Source: Macrostomum lignano (Eukaryota). From it: 64,000 nt of DNA. Each line of letters opens with the position of its first letter. Position 1 is the stretch's first letter. The notes below the pieces were generated by a model. The model searched no databases. It saw only the letters and a list, made by a program, of their open reading frames with translations, and was not told where the DNA came from. Positions 60,101 through 64,000 of this stretch are shown one piece after another. The stretch is from the NCBI GenBank assembly GCA_002269645.1, contig NIVC01001763.1, forward strand, positions 1-64,000. The letters run 5' to 3'. The position numbers and the translations under genes were made by a program.

Positions 60101-60530
60101 GTCAGCATGAGATTGTCAGGATGGTCAGAGTGAGATTGTCAGGGATGGTCAAAGTGAGATTGTCAGGATGGTCAGCATGAGATTGTCAGGATGGTCAGCA
60201 TGAGATGGTCAGCATGAGATGGTCAGCATGAGATGGTCAGCATGAGATGGTCAGCATGAGATTGTCAGGATGGTCAGAGTGAGATTGTCAGGATGGTCAG
60301 CATGAGATTGTCAGGATGGTCAGCATGAGATGGTCAGCATGAGATTGTCAGGATGGTCAGAGTGAGATTGTCAGGATGATCAGCATGAGATTGTCAGGAT
60401 GATCAGCATGAGATTGTCAGAATGGTCAGAGTGAGATTGTCAGTATGGTCAGAGTGAGATTCTCAGTATGGTCAGAGTGAGATTCTCAGGATGGTCAGAG
60501 TGAGATTGTCAGGATGGTCAGAGTGAGATT
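57146..60530. repeat. 23/14-bp variant minisatellite (3.4 kb) with higher-order blocks
   Basis: Units GAGATTGTCAGGATGGTCA(GAGT/AAGT/GCAT) and GAGATGGTCAGCAT. The array ends ~260 bp before the GPCR ATG. Confidence 0.97.
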
Positions 60531-60790
60531 GTGAGTATGGTCATGGTCAGAATGAGGCTGTCAGGATTGTCAGAACCACCCTTTTACTTGGTATTGGTCG
60601 CTACAAACCTAAGGCTCAGGCTTGAGCAGCACAGCAACTTCCCCATTGGCCATGAGATGGGATTAGCTGCGTCTCGATTCTCCATCCCCAGTATAAACTT
60701 TGCGGCAGCCATCGAGAAGCCATCGCGCTGCCAGGAAGGAAATCGCCCGCATCCTCCCCTAGCTGTCAAGAACCGAAATCCGGAAGCGGC

Positions 60791-63700
60791 ATGGAATCAA
60801 AGGAGCTGCTGCACATGGATCAGCAGCAGCAGGAGTCGCTGCTGTACTACGATATCCCCATCAGGGTCACCGGGACGGCTCTGTCCCTCCTGATCCTCTG
60901 CATCGGCTTTGTCGGCAACGTGCTGGTGATGGCGGTGGTGCTCACCGCCCGCGGCCGCATGATCACCACCACCAACTGCTACCTGGTGTCCCTGTCCCTT
61001 GCTGATCTGGTGGTTCTAATTGTTGGAGCCGTCACCATGGTAACGGAGCTGAACATCGTCCGGGACCGCTGGCTGCTCTGTGGCCTGGCCGGCTGCAAGC
61101 TGTCGGTCTACCTCACCTACGTGGGGGTGAACACCTCGGCCTTCTCCATCACGGCCTTCTCCTTGGAGCGCTGGGTGGCCATCTGCCATCCCATTACGGC
61201 GAAGACAGCCTGCACCGTCCGCCGCGCCTTCCGCATCATCGCTGGGATCTGGACATTCGGCCTGGCCTACAACGCGCCCTGGCTGTACCTGGCCACGGTC
61301 AGGCCGACCCGGCCGGGCAACGGCAGCCTGGAGGTGCCCAGCTGCCAGCACAAGCTGGCCAGGTCCGACCCCATCTACATGTCGCTGTACCTCGCCGACC
61401 TCAGCCTGTTCTATGTGGTGCCGCTGCTGCTTCTGTCTGGCGTGTACACCGCCATCGCCAGGGCCCTGTTCCGCTCCTCTGCCTCTAGGAGCAACGGCCG
61501 CGACGGAGTCGAGAGAAGAGGCGGCCGATGCTGCGGCAGCGACACCGGGAGCGGCATCGCCAGAATGACGGAGCCGCTGAGATCGTCGAATGCCGCCAGG
61601 CTGCTGCAGAGTCGAATCCAGGTTGGCTGGCCTGGGGAATTGTCTTGAGCAGGGGCGTCGCCTCCGGGAGGACAGGGGACACATGTGCTGCGGCGCTAAA
61701 ATGAGAGCCTGCGGCGCTAAAATGAGTGGCTGCGGCGCTAAAATGAGTGTCTGTGGCGCTAAAATGAGTGCTTGTGGCGCTAAAATGAGTGGCTCTGGTG
61801 CTAAAATGAGTGCCTGTGGCGCCAAAGTGAGTGCTGACGATAATCTGAAAATATTGTACATGTAGGATTTTGGCTTTTCCCCCCACCATAAAATCCATGG
61901 CAACGCCCCTGATCTTGAGCAGTCTTTGGGATTATGAGTGACAAGTGTGTAAAATCTTGCGATTTTAAGAGCCGTGTTGGGGTCCGTAGCCTAGTGTTTT
62001 GATGTCCCAGCGGCCCAGGCTCGATTCCAAGTGCAGTCACATTAATTTGGGGCTAAGTGAGAATCTCGCCTTGGCTCTGCTCGTGCAATTAACGGCCTTG
62101 AGGGCCAACCCCCAAGGCACATGGCAAGGAAGTGTACATGCCTCATGATAAATAAAGTTAGGGCCGCTGTACACCCCTGTGTGAGTGTGACATGTTTAAA
62201 ATGATTTTGAAATAGTTAACATTTGAGATAGTTTTGAGAAATTTATAGTGTGAGGGGCTGTGAGCTACTTATAGGCTTTGAGGCAGTCGAAAGACCGAAT
62301 TTGGTATGCAAGTTGTACATGTCGGTGCGGGTGGGGGCTGAAGGCCCTCGGGGACAACGATTTGCCAGAGGCGCCAGGTGTAAGAGAGCCTAATTTAGCT
62401 AATTATAAAATCAACACGGACAAAACGGGACAAAGATGAAAAATGATTGCCCACCTTGAAGCACCTGGCAAGACATAATCGAACTAACTAGAGCATAATA
62501 TTATTGACAAGTTATAGCATTTTTGGAAGGGAATAGGGGAAAAACAAGCATATATCCCCCACTCCAAGTCGCTTCAAGCGGTACCCTGCATAATTTATTG
62601 GCCAACCTTGGCGGACACCTGCAAGTCACCTGCAAGTCTGGAATGAAAAGCGGAGAGTTGACGAAAATCGAGAAAGCGACCTGCCTAATTTTTTATTCAA
62701 GAACTAACTGCTTGAAATAGGCGCATTTGTTAGGAGCAATAAAAATTGCCTCTAATTTCGACTTAACTATCAGTTTATTCGGGGGGGGCGCAAAGAGGCT
62801 GGATGTAGAGTAATATAGAGAAGATAGCGAAGCGAGGCGTGAATGGGGCAGAGAGGCGAGGCGTGGAGTGGGTGCAAAGGGGCAGAGAGGCGAGGCGTGG
62901 GGTGGGTGCAAAGGGGCAGAGGCGAGGCGTGGGGTGGGTGCAGAGGGACAGAGGCGAGGCGTAGGGTGGGTGCAGAGGGACAGAGACAAGGCGTGGGGTG
63001 GGTGCAGAGGGGTAGAGAGACAAGGCGTGGGGTGGGTGCTGAGAGGCAGAAGGACGAGGCGTGGGTGGGTGTTTAAAGGCGTGAAGAGATATATTGAGAG
63101 CGAAAAAAGAAAATGATAACCCTTCTGAAGCCTTCCGGTTCGCTCCATCCGCAGGTAGTCAAGATGCTATTCGTGGTAGTGACAATGTTCGCTTTCCTGT
63201 GGCTGCCTTACCGCCTGATGGTCGCCTACAACAGCTTCGCCGCCGCGGATCGCCGCCTCAACTCCGAGTGGTTCGTGGCCGTGAGTCGCCTGCTGATCTT
63301 TGTCAATTCGGCCATCAATCCGGTGATCTACAATGCCATGTCGGGAAAATTCCGGCGCGAATTCAAACGTCTCCTTCGATGCTCCGGTAGATTCTTATTG
63401 CTTAAATTGAGTTACATTTTGAAATTACTTGGTTAAAAGCTGTGGAGAACGTTTGTGCCTCCGTCACGGACGACCAGAAGTGAAAATCAATCAGAGTGAA
63501 ATTTTTAATGGGCTTTAGGGAAAATGAATACCTCTTTGTTATTTCTATCAGGACTCCGATTTATCAAGCGAAATTGCTTTGATTACTTTTACGACATTTT
63601 AGCTCGCTCGTAGAATCCATTAAATTTAATCACACCCGAGGAAAATAAGCATGCAATTCTACTTTTACAATTTGTCACGATTCAATGAAATTAAAATTAA

Positions 63701-63885
63701 AAAATGCTTCAATCTATGCAGGGAGCCGCGGCTTGAATGTTGGAAAGGCCCCGCGCGTCCACAACGGCAGCCCCTGCAGCCACTCGGCCGCTAAGCCGGA
63801 GCTCTCAGGCGGCGACGCCAATGATGGCAATGTTCAGCAGCTGCGGGAGATGTTGCGCCGCATGGAGGGTGCCAGATTCGGTTGA
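60791..63885 (+). CDS. TRHR: Class A GPCR, thyrotropin-releasing hormone receptor-like; 3 exons, 408 aa
   Basis: join(60791..61621,63155..63386,63722..63885), 1227 nt, phases consistent, seven TM segments. GNVLVM, TNCYLVSLSLADL, ITAFSLERWVAICHP, Q|VVKMLFVVVTMFAFLWLPYR and NSAINPVIYNAMSGKFRREF match recalled TRHR motifs. Family-level call; the ligand is unknown. Confidence 0.88.
61688..61830. repeat. Intronic 21-bp minisatellite, ~7 copies
   Basis: Unit GGCGCTAAAATGAGTGCCTG(C/T). Confidence 0.9.
61979..62160 (+). mobile_element. Possible tRNA-derived SINE in GPCR intron 1
   Basis: Pol III A-box-like TAGCCTAGTGT (61987-61997) and B-box-like GGCTCGATTCC (62018-62028), each 10/11 to consensus but closer together than in a tRNA. 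A-rich end ATAAATAAAG at ~62148. Confidence 0.4.
62820..63070. repeat. Intronic G-rich degenerate tandem repeat
   Basis: Recurrent GCAGAGAGGCGAGGCGTGGGGTGGGT units. Confidence 0.88.
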
Positions 63886-64000
63886 ACTGAGGTGCGTGTT
63901 GTCCGTTGAAAGCAGCTTGGGCTCGAGTGGGGCAGATAGAGGGACATGGCGCGAGGTGCTGAACGATAGAGAATCGATTAATTCTAGGGGCAGAGGGACA

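Overview
Animal genomic DNA, most likely from a free-living flatworm of the Macrostomum type. That assignment is an inference from GC3-rich exons full of poly-Gln/poly-Ala, AT-rich spacers and minisatellite-packed introns; there are no prokaryotic features. Seven protein-coding genes could be assembled with phase-consistent GT-AG splicing: a secreted CUB-like/LDLa protein (+), a six-finger C2H2 transcription factor (+), an HPIP/CCDC117-motif protein (-), an 8-exon MPHOSPH9-like protein (-), a C3orf18/SMIM29-family membrane protein (-), CCDC151/ODAD3 (+) and a TRH-receptor-like GPCR (+). About a third of the window (~20 kb) is tandem repeat, and 10 of the 13 introns carry their own distinct array. 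The AT-rich blocks hold non-autonomous DNA transposons (hAT-like with 8-bp TSDs, a mariner derivative, nested MITEs, Helitron-like ends). Three observations stand out. (1) The two arms of the mariner element differ almost only by C/T and G/A transitions, two-thirds outside CpG and many of the CpA>TpA type, which resembles fungal RIP-like hypermutation. (2) The MPHOSPH9-like and HPIP-like genes form a candidate trans-spliced operon whose acceptors are in frame for a spliced-leader AUG. (3) Unrelated minisatellites share short cores (CTGAC, GGATC). All homology calls come from recalled motifs, not database searches, and all counts are by hand.
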